A stretch of DNA of 64,000 bases from Schizochytrium sp. TIO01 (taxonomy: Eukaryota; Protista; Bigyra: Labyrinthulomycetes): assembly GCA_004764695.1 (NCBI GenBank), contig SMSO01000035.1:1488001-1552000 (forward strand). Reading direction: 5' to 3'. The position numbers and the translations under genes are program-made. A model generated the notes under the pieces. It was given only the letters and a program-made list of their open reading frames with translations. It was not told where the DNA came from and did no database searches. Numbering within the stretch: the first letter of the stretch is position 1; each line of letters opens with the position of its first letter. Below, piece by piece: positions 53,515 to 64,000 of the stretch.

Positions 53515-56500
53515 ATGGGAAATACGCCAGCAATACGAAATCCACGAGCTGTAGAACCTGGAGATCCGGGGCCAACGCTAGAACATTCGGTTGTGGACAA
53601 AGGCTTGCATGATCCCGTGAGCGTGCGTGTGGATGGTGATGAACTTGAGCGAGAGGCTGTGCGAATCAGAACGGACGCTTATGAAAAGACTGCACCAGTA
53701 TCAAAGCCCGTACCTTTGCTTGGAAATCGTGGTCTGGTTGGAAGCCATGGTTCGCTTAAGGTCGAAGACCTTGTGAATGAATCAAAACTTGAAGAACAAG
53801 AAGTCGAGGCATATGAGGAATCGTATGTGCCACTGAACTTTGCTCGAGAGAGAGTCCAGACTATGTTACAGGAAATGCAACATAACCGAGAAGTGAATCT
53901 TCTTGCTTTCGCCGAAGTACAGGATTGCCACGAGCTCATATACCACGAAATGCGCCAAAAGTACGAAGACTACGTGGAAACCTTGAAATCAAAGTCTCTT
54001 GCATGTATTGATAACTATAAGCGTGCGCTTCATGATTCTCGCAAATCAATGAATGAGAAAGAAATTCGGCACAAGCGAACACAAGATGCTTTGCAAACCA
54101 GAGTCGAAGAATACCAACAAGCACAGGAAGAGCTACAAAAAAAACTGACTGAGCTTCAACAAGAACTTGACAGTATTCCAAAGGAACCGCCTTCGCCTGA
54201 AAAAATAGAAGTTCCTGTCCATGTACCATTGCCAACAATTGATCCCCGTCTTCCCATTCTTATTGCAAATGTTGAAAAACTTTCACTTTTGCGGCGCCCG
54301 GATCTCCTTGATGAATACATGGGGCTTGAACGAAGCCGCGCGGACAGTCTCGAACGAAAGGAGGAACTCGCTTCTCACGACGAGGCTATTGGTGTTCTGC
54401 TTGCAAAGGCAGAAGAAAATCCTGGGCCAGATTTATCACTGATGCAGGCATCCATCGTGGAGGCCCAGGATGAAGCTTTACCAAACCTACCTGGCACTGG
54501 TGGAAGGGAGCATGCAACGGATGCAAACTTGGCTCATCCAGAAGAGTCATCTCAAAATATTAAAGAGCTTGAAGTCAAAACACTTGGGGTTCAAATGGAA
54601 ACACAATCACCTGGGAAAATACCAGAATCAGGCTCTGATGAGACAGTAAAACGTGATGATACTACTATCTCTAGCAATGTTGATATGACTAACACCAGCA
54701 TAAACACAGAGGAAAAGCAAGATCCCTCTTCAAAGGAGATTCCAGATACAAAAGACTTGGTGACTGCAGAAAAGAAGGAAGCTGAAGCTGTTCCTGTAGA
54801 TCCAGAATCTAAGCAAGCAGATGAGAGTATAACAAAGACACAGAATGTAGAGGAGTCACAAGAAACGAAGTCTCAAGAGCCTTTGCCGCAAGAGATTCTA
54901 GAAACAAAAATAGAAGAAAAAACTGTGGAAGAGGAAAAGGCGTCTGAAGATCTGGAATCTCCTTCCAAACAAACAAAGGCAGGGACTGAGCACAGAAGGC
55001 CTTCAGCAGATGTACTCTCTGATAACCGTCAGGTGGAGCTTGAAGAGAAACTCATCGCGAAAATTGAAGAACAACAGAAAAAGATTAGGCATCTGGAACA
55101 CAAGTTGAAGAAACTTAAATCCAAAGGTGAAGCAGAAAATGCGGAAGCTATCGCAAAAATTGAGCCAAAACTTGAAAAGCGGCAGCAATACCTGGCGACA
55201 CTTCGAGAGCAGCTAGGTGTTTTCCAGAATATGCGATCCCCAGGCGATGACGACGACGATGAAGAAGAATCCTTTCCCAAAATCGAGAGCTCATCTGGGT
55301 CTTCAATGCAAAAATCTGCTTCACAAGAATCAGCAAGCTCTAATAATATCAAAGCTGATGAGGAGAAGTTCGAATCAAGTAAAAAAGACTCAATCAATGA
55401 AGCTGTCATGGAAAGTCAGAAGAAAAATATAGAGGATTCTAAAGATATTGAATCGAGTAGCAAAACTGACAGAGTATCTTCTTTATCAAAGTCCGACTCT
55501 TCTGCAAAATCCCTATCTCATGATAGCAGTGCGGTAACTAGCAGCACCACCTCGATGGGAACTACAAGTAGCATGGAAAATGATTTAGAAAGCGCTGAGG
55601 TTCATCGGAGCAAGAATGAGAAAGAGGAAGGCTTATCCGAGCTGGAAGAGAAAATATCAGCAGCAAGTGATGATGGACCTAAATCTCATGATCAGGCCTC
55701 CACAAAGTCTAACGCCCAGGATAAGAAACTTCTAAAACGTCTCAAGGAGAAAGAGAAGGAAATCGAAGAGCTTACAGAACAGCTTCGAGAAGCACAGGAG
55801 CAAGTTTCGGCAAACGAATCAGCCGACACGGGTTCAACCAAGAACGGCAGTAAAGATGATGCTGCAGGCGCAGAAGGTGGAGCAGCAAAACGATACATGG
55901 AAAAACTCAAAGCTGCAGAGAAAAAACTCAAAGAAACAGAGAAATTGGCGAAAGAATCTAAGTCCAAAGCAAGTCGCCTGGAAAAGGAACTAGAGAAAGT
56001 TCAGAGACAGGGCGGCGGTGATGGTGGAGGTCGCGGCGGCGATGGAAACAGTGCGAAACTTAAAAAAGAGCTCGAAGATCTTAAAAAGAAGCAAAAGAAG
56101 CAGGCTGACGAGATAGAGAAGACTCACGCAAAAGCTGTTCGAGCACTCGAGGCCCAACTCTCGTCAACAACAGAAGAGGCGACTAAACTTTCCCAATCCC
56201 TTGAAGCTGCTAATGCTACTGCCAAAGCACTTCAGGAGAAGGCAATTCTCGCGGATCAACTTGAAAAAGAAAACGAGAACCTTCGGCAAGTTGCAGAGGA
56301 AGTGAGTACTTTGCGCAAGTCAGTGGATGCTATGACAGAGGAGCGTGCTGAGCTTGAATCCTTATACTTGAAGGAACAAAAACTGCGGAAAGAGTATTGG
56401 AATAAAATGGAGGACATGAAGGGTAAGATTCGTGTGTTTGCTCGTTGCAGACCCATGGCACAATATGAGCTCGATCGTAATTGTACTCAGGTGGTCAGCT

Positions 56501-57540
56501 TTCCGGATGAATTTACTGTCGATGTCGACTCGCACAAGGGATTAAAATCATTTGTGTATGATCAATGCTTTGGGCCAGATTCTACCCAAGACCAGATTTT
56601 CGAAGATACAAACAATCTGATTCAGTCCTCTCTCGATGGCTATAACGTCTGTGTCTTTGCATATGGGCAGACTGGAAGTGGTAAAACATTTACCATGGTC
56701 GGTTCAAAAGAGCATCCCGGCCTTGTTCGTCGTAGTGTGACAGAGATTTTTGCACACCGTGAGAAAAGCAAAGCAACTAATGACTTGACAATCAAGTTGT
56801 ACATTTTGGAGATCTATCTGGACAACTTGGTTGACCTGTTATACACTGTCCTTAAAAAAGCAGATCCCAAGCTTGTGCCTGCTCAACCACCACACCTGGA
56901 CATCAAGAAAGATCAAAAGGGGGTTGTTTTTGTAAGAGGCGCACAAGTTGTTACGGTAGATTCTGCAGAAGAGCTGCTAGACTTTTTTGACCGTGCCAAT
57001 GCTTCGCGTAAAGTTGCTTCTACTAAAATGAACGCTGGCTCGTCTCGATCACATCTTGTTTTTTCTCTTATTCTCGAAAACACAAATAAAGCCAGTAAGA
57101 AAACTAGTATTGGCAAGCTTTCGCTTGTCGATCTGGCTGGGTCTGAACGCCAAGACAAGACTGGGGCGACTGATGAACGTTTGAAAGAAGCGATGAGTAT
57201 TAACAAATCACTTTCTGCACTAGGAGATGTAATTTCAGCCCTTTCCAGTGGAGAAAACTTTATTCCATACCGTAACAATGTACTTACTCAGTTGATGAGT
57301 GATTCACTTGGTGGAAATGCAAAAACTCTCATGTTTGTCAACATTTCGCCAGCAAATTACAATGCTGAAGAGACAGTATCTTCTTTAACATATGCGTCAC
57401 GAGTTAAGCTCATCAAGAACAATACAACAAAATCTCAACAGGACGAACAGGTTGGTGTTCTAAGAAAGCTCATCCGTGAAATGATGCACGAGGGGAAAAC
57501 TCCAGACCCAGATCTCTTGAAAACGCTCGATCTTGACTAG
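53515..57540 (+). CDS. C-terminal motor kinesin (kinesin-14, KCBP-like motor) with long coiled-coil/acidic stalk
   Basis: First ATG at 53515; neck RKEYWNKMEDMKGKIRVFARCRP, P-loop AYGQTGSGKT, SSRSH, DLAGSE, IPYRNN, LGGNAKTLMFVN. Confidence 0.93.
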   Translation: MGNTPAIRNPRAVEPGDPGPTLEHSVVDKGLHDPVSVRVDGDELEREAVRIRTDAYEKTAPVSKPVPLLGNRGLVGSHGSLKVEDLVNESKLEEQEVEAYEESYVPLNFARERVQTMLQEMQHNREVNLLAFAEVQDCHELIYHEMRQKYEDYVETLKSKSLACIDNYKRALHDSRKSMNEKEIRHKRTQDALQTRVEEYQQAQEELQKKLTELQQELDSIPKEPPSPEKIEVPVHVPLPTIDPRLPILIANVEKLSLLRRPDLLDEYMGLERSRADSLERKEELASHDEAIGVLLAKAEENPGPDLSLMQASIVEAQDEALPNLPGTGGREHATDANLAHPEESSQNIKELEVKTLGVQMETQSPGKIPESGSDETVKRDDTTISSNVDMTNTSINTEEKQDPSSKEIPDTKDLVTAEKKEAEAVPVDPESKQADESITKTQNVEESQETKSQEPLPQEILETKIEEKTVEEEKASEDLESPSKQTKAGTEHRRPSADVLSDNRQVELEEKLIAKIEEQQKKIRHLEHKLKKLKSKGEAENAEAIAKIEPKLEKRQQYLATLREQLGVFQNMRSPGDDDDDEEESFPKIESSSGSSMQKSASQESASSNNIKADEEKFESSKKDSINEAVMESQKKNIEDSKDIESSSKTDRVSSLSKSDSSAKSLSHDSSAVTSSTTSMGTTSSMENDLESAEVHRSKNEKEEGLSELEEKISAASDDGPKSHDQASTKSNAQDKKLLKRLKEKEKEIEELTEQLREAQEQVSANESADTGSTKNGSKDDAAGAEGGAAKRYMEKLKAAEKKLKETEKLAKESKSKASRLEKELEKVQRQGGGDGGGRGGDGNSAKLKKELEDLKKKQKKQADEIEKTHAKAVRALEAQLSSTTEEATKLSQSLEAANATAKALQEKAILADQLEKENENLRQVAEEVSTLRKSVDAMTEERAELESLYLKEQKLRKEYWNKMEDMKGKIRVFARCRPMAQYELDRNCTQVVSFPDEFTVDVDSHKGLKSFVYDQCFGPDSTQDQIFEDTNNLIQSSLDGYNVCVFAYGQTGSGKTFTMVGSKEHPGLVRRSVTEIFAHREKSKATNDLTIKLYILEIYLDNLVDLLYTVLKKADPKLVPAQPPHLDIKKDQKGVVFVRGAQVVTVDSAEELLDFFDRANASRKVASTKMNAGSSRSHLVFSLILENTNKASKKTSIGKLSLVDLAGSERQDKTGATDERLKEAMSINKSLSALGDVISALSSGENFIPYRNNVLTQLMSDSLGGNAKTLMFVNISPANYNAEETVSSLTYASRVKLIKNNTTKSQQDEQVGVLRKLIREMMHEGKTPDPDLLKTLDLD

Positions 57541-58104
57541 TATATCAATATGATACATTAAGAGCCTATATTTTACTATTCACTAAAACGTGTTGATTAT
57601 CGCCTTCCCAAGTTACATTTTCCACCCCTTTCTTCTCACTATTCGTTTTGTGGAGACCTTTACTAGTCTTGAGCCGGAAAAGGCAGGTAAGGTGATTATG
57701 CCTTGATCAAAGGCAAAGGTTAGCTCCAAACGTTTAAGGGTTCTATTTACCTATATTTATTGAGCAAATGAAAGTTTAAGCAATATTGATAGAGGTGATG
57801 ATAAAAGTATTCAATCAGAAAGAAGATTAAAACATACTTATGCAAATGACAGTGTAGTGTAACTGCGAGAATAATCTGTGAAGATTTTTCGAAATTGTAA
57901 CATCAAGCCAGAATAAAATCACAACAAGTTATGGAAAAAGTGGCATTATGATCAACAACAACAGTCACAAGAAGAGGTGGTACAAGTATATGCAAATAAA
58001 AACACCTAATCACAGCGGTATCGATATTTTTAGATAATGATTACTATCACCATCGATAAAAGCAACTGTAATAGATGAATAAAGGTAAAACTAGTGTAAT
58101 CTAA

Positions 58105-60588
58105 TTATCTCATAAAGTTATTTCGTGCCGAGATTTCACGAGCAGTAGCACGTTTCGATGGATCTACTCTGAGACATTCAGCAACAGTTCGAGAGAACCA
58201 TAAAACCTGCGCCTCATGTGGGCGGGGATCAAGTGATTCCGTAGTCCTTCGAATAAGCTCATGGAAGGTGAGGGAATCTTGTACAAATTCTAAGCGTTTG
58301 GGAGATGTATGCATAGATGGAAACCGTACCTGCCCACGACTTGTAAAAAAATCCGATTGCGCGTGCAATTTCATTGAATTTGGGATTTCCCCTACAACCC
58401 TTTCAATCAAAGCAAGGTGTTCATGCTCTTCATGGGTCTGAAACAATAGATGCCCACATAAAAGCTCCATCAAAATACATCCTGCAGACCAAATATCTGC
58501 TGGGAACGACCAACCCGTATCCAGAAGGACCTCCGGCGCACGATATTGCCGGGTACTAATAGTCCCGTCGTGAAGCTCTTGGGGACTTGCGATTCGAGTA
58601 GCACCACCAAAATCAATTAGCTTCACACGGAATTCTACGCGATCCCACTTACGACCAGACGTGCGGCCGTACTCTGAAGGGGATCTCGGTTCCTGCTCAA
58701 GGAGGACATTTTCAACCTTCAAATCTGTGTGAACAATGCCACACCTCTCATGAAGGAACGCAAGGCCAGCAAAAAGATCACGTACGATGATTTCAAGATG
58801 ATCAATGTGAATCGGCTTGAAATCAATCTTCTTCTGAAAATCATGTAGCGACATACCTAGAGTCTCTAAAACAAGGCAGTAGTGCTCTCGCCAAGCAAAG
58901 TGGTCAAAAAGGCGGACAACACGGTCGTCACCAATCATTTTTGAACAAATTCTTTGAAGAATAAAGGCTTCCTCCATAGCTTCTTTGACATACCGACGCA
59001 CACGGCGCACAACCTTCACGGCAACTGGAGCAGTTTTAGGGGGAGCGTTGATGTCCGAACAAAGGAGCACGCGACCAAAGGTGCCCTTACCAAGTTCCTT
59101 AAGAATTGCATACCTCTGGCTGATACGTTCTCCAACACGACCACGGAAAGAGCCATATTCATCATCATGGTTTTCTGGATTCGAGACAGATGATCGGCTT
59201 CCAGAATGACCCCGGGATCGACGGCGTCTCGGTTTCCGCCCTTTGTTATCATTTCTACTTCGGTGATGATTTCTCCGACGTCTTTTGTAGTTATCATTGC
59301 TGTCATGCCGAGCATCACCACGTCGCTTACCATGACGATCGGGAGTTGTGCTACGGCGTCGTTGTACCGAACTTTGCCTTCTACTATTGTTTCGAGTGTA
59401 GTTGTCCTCTCGTTTATCTGAATCTCTATCTCTTCTAGTTACTGAGGAGCGCTCTCTATTTCGAGTGTGTGAACCATTCCCACGTTCACGGCGGTCCCTA
59501 TCTCGAGTTTGGTCCCGTGGCTCTTTGTCTGTACCACCCCGGTCACGACCCCAGCCTCTAGTATGAATCCTGTCTCGGCTTCTGTCTCGACTCCTGTCTC
59601 TACTTCTGTCTCTACTTCTATCTCGACTTCTGTCTCGACTTCTGTCTCGACTTCTGTCTCGACTTCTATCTCGACTTCTGTCTCGACTTCTGTCTCGATT
59701 CCTGCCTCGATTTCTTGTAGATAGTTTTTCTCGGTAATAATGCCGTGGAGATTGATGTTCTCCATTGCGTTGGGAATCGCGGGATCTATCAGACCGTTGT
59801 GAAGGATATTGGCCATGCCGACTATGTTGATAGCCTCGACCCTGAGATGAGTTTTTGTCTCTGTGAGCAGTTCTTGGTCTACTATCGACATTGATTTTTT
59901 CCAAATTTCTGGAACCTCTAGGTTGACCAAATGCTACATCTCGAGTATGGCTGTTGCTTCGTTTGCGAGACGTCTGGTCAAGGCCTCGTAGGTCAGATCT
60001 ATTTTCATCATGTTCTCGATTTCGGTGTCTTCTTCCACCATTGTCATTTCGATTCCACGAGTCTGTCTTCTGCGTCGCTCTCCAATCTCTTTGTCGTTGC
60101 TGATTCTGATTTTGGTTCTGCTGCCGCAATTGTTGTTGTTTATTTGCATTTCGTTCTATATGACTTTGATCCCAGTAGCGGTTTTGATCCCGACCATGAG
60201 TTGTGCCCAATGTTCGATCAGAGCTTCTCTGATCTGCTATGCCACGATGCAGGTCTGATGTTATCCCTTTTCGACTTGAGTTTGATCTCCCAGATCTTAA
60301 CTTTGAAGGTTGAGCAAATGCTCGAGTATCTTCAGTTTCCGTTCTCAAACTGTGCCTTGAAGAGTTTGCAGCAGTATGTGGAGGCATTCCTTTTGATGCA
60401 GCAGGGATTCCAGAAGAAGATGATGAGGATGAGGATAAGTCGATCTTATTTGCGACAGTATTGATAGCGGTCTTGGTGGTGGTGACAGCGTCGAAGGCGG
60501 GCTCCTGTATTGTAGATGCCTCAGAATGGACGCTCTTTTCGAGACCGGAGCGAGGCGACGGCTCCGAGGTGACTGGGTCCGTGTCCAT
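58105..60588 (-). CDS. LAMMER/CLK-family dual-specificity kinase with Arg/Ser/Asp-rich N-terminus
   Basis: DDEYG, LGKGTFGRV, VAVKVVR, HTDLKVEN, IDFGGA, STRQYRAPEV, HEEHEHLALIE (EHLAMMER-like). Confidence 0.92.
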   Translation of the reverse strand: MDTDPVTSEPSPRSGLEKSVHSEASTIQEPAFDAVTTTKTAINTVANKIDLSSSSSSSSGIPAASKGMPPHTAANSSRHSLRTETEDTRAFAQPSKLRSGRSNSSRKGITSDLHRGIADQRSSDRTLGTTHGRDQNRYWDQSHIERNANKQQQLRQQNQNQNQQRQRDWRATQKTDSWNRNDNGGRRHRNREHDENRSDLRGLDQTSRKRSNSHTRDVAFGQPRGSRNLEKINVDSRPRTAHRDKNSSQGRGYQHSRHGQYPSQRSDRSRDSQRNGEHQSPRHYYREKLSTRNRGRNRDRSRDRSRDRSRDRSRDRSRDRSRDRSRDRSRDRSRDRSRDRIHTRGWGRDRGGTDKEPRDQTRDRDRRERGNGSHTRNRERSSVTRRDRDSDKREDNYTRNNSRRQSSVQRRRSTTPDRHGKRRGDARHDSNDNYKRRRRNHHRSRNDNKGRKPRRRRSRGHSGSRSSVSNPENHDDEYGSFRGRVGERISQRYAILKELGKGTFGRVLLCSDINAPPKTAPVAVKVVRRVRRYVKEAMEEAFILQRICSKMIGDDRVVRLFDHFAWREHYCLVLETLGMSLHDFQKKIDFKPIHIDHLEIIVRDLFAGLAFLHERCGIVHTDLKVENVLLEQEPRSPSEYGRTSGRKWDRVEFRVKLIDFGGATRIASPQELHDGTISTRQYRAPEVLLDTGWSFPADIWSAGCILMELLCGHLLFQTHEEHEHLALIERVVGEIPNSMKLHAQSDFFTSRGQVRFPSMHTSPKRLEFVQDSLTFHELIRRTTESLDPRPHEAQVLWFSRTVAECLRVDPSKRATAREISARNNFMR
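59570..59699. repeat. 12-bp coding tandem repeat, about 11 copies, encoding (RDRS)n
   Basis: ctgtctcgactt unit with synonymous variants inside the kinase ORF. Confidence 0.93.
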
Positions 60589-61004
60589 GGCGCAGCAAGG
60601 TCAGCGGCAACGCATCAATTGCGCTCCGCTGCTCCGCTGCTACGGGCGAAGGCGCCGCGGACTCTCCACTCGCTGAGCTTTTGTCTTACACAATGAATCA
60701 ATCAAAACAACTTGAAAAGGTGTTCTTTCTTTCCTAATCCTTTGTTTCGTATTTTTATTCTCTCCCTTCAAAGAAACGTGTTTTCTTTCTCTTTACAGTA
60801 GTAGAGAGTTGCCCTTAGAGTCTCCAAGTTAGCATCTACTATACCAGTTCGACTGTTCATGCGTTTGCAACCAACAAGTCGGTTATTCCAAGTTGGTAAA
60901 GTGAAACAGATTCTCATACTATGGGCTATTCTTTATAGCCTACTTTAGGCTCTATTTATTTTCAACTGTGGTCAAGGCGGCGGTTGGGTTTTCTAGTATT
61001 GCAG

Positions 61005-61370
61005 ATGAGTATCACTAATGATGATAGGTCGATTGATCAATGGACTTCTAAAACACAAACTATTCCATCTAGTAGGGGCAGAGAGCATTTCCCGGTGGCC
61101 GAAAGGAGCGCTGATGATAATTTTTTGAGAGAAGCGCGAGGAGCGGCTGTTCAGGATCACAGGAGGAAATCCTAACTCACGGAAGATTCTTGAGATTCTT
61201 GAGAATAACTGTGGAAAATTGGAACAAAGCTGTTGCAAAGATGACCTTCAGGGTATTTTGTAATTAGAGACAGCTCTGGAGGCAAAGTATACACAGGTGC
61301 AACTGGCTCAGGAAGAAGTGGCCTACACTCGTTATTGTCTTGAGAGTATGAGAAAAGACGATTGAGCTAG
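61005..61370 (+). pseudogene. possible decayed coiled-coil-like gene fragment
   Basis: Protein-like translation MSITNDD...FLREARGAAVQ, a frame change, then RKILEILENNCGKLEQSCCKDDLQGIL*LETALEAKYTQVQLAQEEVAYTRYCLESMRKDD*. No family recognised. Confidence 0.3.
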
Positions 61371-62266
61371 GTATACGGGGAGAATTCTGTACATCTTCTT
61401 CAGTTTTTTCTTTCCACAAGATTAGATGCCGTAAGTGCAATGTGCAAACACAGGTTTGTAGAAAGTTACGCGGAGCTAAGCTGTAATCCGATATGCATTT
61501 GACCAGCTTGCTGGACCGCGGCAGGCATGATTGGGATCTACAATGCAAATGCTCCGTGTGCATCATTTACAACACTTCTCTTGATCTCCGAGTCAGAATC
61601 ACGGCAAGTGGAGCTGAGTTGCAAGAGAGGACAATCTTTTGCCCAAAGTTCTTTTCAATACGTTGAGTGTAGCTATATGGACGCCTACCTACATTCGAGG
61701 AGAGGAGCTCGCGTTAAATGATGGTTTTTAACGTCTTCTATGAAAACACCAACTCATAGTTCTTGATGCATTCTACATTTCATTTGTTCACGATTGCGTC
61801 TTCATCGTTGCATATACTCTTAACTGCTTGTTGTTATCCGCTGTACTCCTGTTTCAAGGCATGACCTATCATCGCACACCGTGTACACCAGGACAGAGGG
61901 AACCAATTGTTCGTGGAGGTATTACGAGGTACTAACCCCAGAGCAACCCAAATTACACCTGAGTAGTCCTACAATAGGTAACTCCTAAGAGCTCCTGCGA
62001 ATATGCGAGAGCGCCAAGAACCAGTGAAATGACTGGCGGCCTACAGCGAGTTCCTCTCCATCCCAGCGAGTCCAATCGCCACCGCCATGCCTTCTATGCA
62101 TGCATGCCAGGAGCATCGCAGTGTTTCGCTTTCCAAGCCCATACCTTTGCCTCATGATCCTGGACGCACATCAACAACTTCTCCGCTCGCGTGGCGCGAA
62201 TGATCAATTACTCCATTCATTCATTTCTTCATTCTCTCATTCATTCTATATTGATTGCCCATTATG

Positions 62267-62319
62267 TGTATGTATGTATGTATGTATGTATGTATGTATG
62301 TATGTATGTATGTATGTAT
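62267..62319. repeat. (TATG)n microsatellite
   Basis: About 13 copies. Confidence 0.95.
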
Positions 62320-62533
62320 TTATTTATTCATTTCTCTGTGCTTAGGAACCTGTGGATGAGTCTTCTTCTACAATAGTCCACTCACTCACTGAGCAAAGGG
62401 TAGATAAACATGCCCAGGCGCTCCAGCCTGGGCCAGAGTAGCCCACGTTGTCGTCGCACGGAGCGAGGGGAGATTCGCCAGGTCTTCATTTCTTCGATCT
62501 CTGGCGCTGTTCTTTGTGTCAAAAGCCGTCATT

Positions 62534-62597
62534 ATTCATTCATTCATTCATTCATTCATTCATTCATTCATTCATTCATTCATTCATTCATTCATTC
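62534..62597. repeat. (TTCA)n microsatellite
   Basis: About 16 copies. Confidence 0.95.
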
Positions 62598-63328
62598 GTG
62601 ACAAAACATAAACATGTTTATGGCCACCACTTCTAGCCGCATGCCTATGTGGGGGGCTAGTTGGCTGTGGTGCCTAGACTAAGTATGGCCTTAAAAGTGG
62701 CCTAAGTGGGCGTTTGGGCCCTTTCCGCTCGGTTGGCTCTGGGCCCTCTTGCAGCGCAGACTCCGATTGGCGTCGCGGCGGAGCGCTCTCTCCTTCCGGC
62801 CGTGTCTAATCTTGTGCTGGCCGGCATCACGCCTGCCGCCAGCTCCCTAGCTCGAACGCGAGTCCGGCATCGCGGTCCTCCCGCGTCCCGGGCGTTTCGG
62901 CGCGTCGCGTTCCCTCGCGCCGCAGAACTAGTTTGTTTGGTTGGATTCCCGCCCCAGCGGATCCTTCCGTACGTTCACTCGTACCTTGGGCTTGTTTCCT
63001 GGCGCGCACGCCAAGGAAGCGGAGTCGTAGGGCCTCCTCGGTCGCAGGGACCCAAAGGAGGTAGAGAGCCTAGCGTGGAGAGCGAGGCAAGGACTCTCAG
63101 CTGGCTAAGCTCAGAGACCCAAACTCAAACCAAAACCAAACCAAACCTTCGAATTCAATCATCCAAATTCATACTTCAAACCTGAATTCCAAACTTGGGT
63201 CAATCCCAACTCACGCCTAAATCAAACCAAACTCAAACCAAATCGTTTCAAACGTGGCCTTCTAAGCCGCTCTTTTCCTTGGTAGACAGACGTCATCGGT
63301 ATTTCCTGTTAGTGCTTCTTCAACTACC

Positions 63329-64000
63329 ATGTCGTCAAGCCTTCAGAGACAGCTCGCTGCCGCTCGCGGCTCAGGTAACGTCGGTAGCCGTCCCTCTGCT
63401 GGCACCCGCGTTTCTATTCTCTTTGAGCGTCATGAAGCCGCTGATTACGACCGCCAGACAATTCTGGCGCTGGGTTTGAGTGGTCTGGACGCTCTCATTG
63501 CCCGTGGCGCCTCGGAACTGGCAGCATTTCGCGACGGTGTTTTTGGCAAGGCTGTTTCCGAGTCAGACCGCGAGATGCTCGCTCCGGAGGTGGAACAGGA
63601 GCTTACCACAGCGCTAGACAAGTTGTTGGCAGCATTGTGCAAGTACGCCCTGGATAAGGATGCTCACAAAGTACTCGAGTACCTTGTGCGACAGTTCCAT
63701 GTGCACGAGCAGAATGCGGACGCCCTCGTGCGGTGTGTGCTGCCGTTCCATGATACAGATATCTTTGTGCGTGTGGTCGCGCTGCCAGTAGCTGTGGACA
63801 AGACGCGATGGGCCTTTCTGAAGCAGGTTGCAAAGTCCAAGGAGCCCCTCGCTCGCAACCAGCTCGTTAAGGTCTGTGTTGCTGAGCCTGCCGTGCTCGG
63901 GGCCATCGCGGACATGGCTGTGCATCAGTCTGAAAACGAACGCGTGGTAAGCTTCTTCACGGTTCTGGCATGCCAGGCGCTGCGCAGGGCACGGCAGCGA
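63329..64000 (+). CDS. UTP10: U3 snoRNP-associated protein UTP10/HEATR1, 5' part (truncated by the window edge)
   Basis: Manual translation from ATG 63329 is open to the end: MSSSLQRQLAAA...VSILFERHEAADYDRQTILALGLSGLDAL...AHKVLEYLVRQFHVHEQNADALVRCVLPFHDTDIFVRVV...WAFL, the conserved UTP10 N-terminus. Absent from the ORF track because no stop codon falls in the window. Confidence 0.92.
   Translation, partial: MSSSLQRQLAAARGSGNVGSRPSAGTRVSILFERHEAADYDRQTILALGLSGLDALIARGASELAAFRDGVFGKAVSESDREMLAPEVEQELTTALDKLLAALCKYALDKDAHKVLEYLVRQFHVHEQNADALVRCVLPFHDTDIFVRVVALPVAVDKTRWAFLKQVAKSKEPLARNQLVKVCVAEPAVLGAIADMAVHQSENERVVSFFTVLACQALRRARQR

Noticed and set aside
61010-61128. Box C (ATGATGA) and box D (CTGA) with a TATCA/TGATA terminal stem and a downstream Sm-like AATTTTTTG
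   Set aside because: No convincing rRNA or snRNA guide was recognised, and the motifs coincide with Asn-Asp-Asp and Ala-Asp-Asp codons of the putative gene relic. A snoRNA covariance scan could overturn this.
62706-63185. 159-aa ORF in the GC island upstream of UTP10
   Set aside because: Non-ATG start and Arg/Ala/Pro-rich text typical of a GC-rich promoter.

Overview
Eukaryotic, gene-dense and intron-poor genomic DNA. The EF-1alpha sequence, long intronless CDSs and tetranucleotide-microsatellite-rich spacers point to a stramenopile protist, probably a thraustochytrid (Aurantiochytrium-like); this taxonomic call is inference. About 18 protein-coding loci are supported: SYAP1-like BSD protein, RAE1 with an FG-rich N-terminus, a bacterial-looking 302-aa hypothetical protein, a WD40 protein, a tandem LtrA-like membrane protein split by a +1 frame change, BCAT, an MFS transporter, a dynamin-related GTPase, DDX41, a bacterial-type low-specificity threonine aldolase, a phytochelatin synthase-like protein, an SMS/IPC synthase, EF-1alpha, a WSCD-type sulfotransferase, a KCBP-like kinesin-14, a LAMMER/CLK kinase and the start of UTP10/HEATR1 (missing from the ORF track, runs off the right edge). 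Two long gene-free stretches (about 16.9-23.0 kb and 38.5-47.9 kb) hold microsatellite clusters, promoter-like islands and possibly decayed coding sequence. Most notable observations: the frameshifted double-LtrA gene, a phased CGGAATTTCGG array upstream of DDX41, the tightly divergent threonine aldolase/phytochelatin synthase pair, and the 302-aa candidate horizontal transfer. No tRNA, rRNA, CRISPR array or intact mobile element could be supported. All family calls come from motif recognition; no database search was run.
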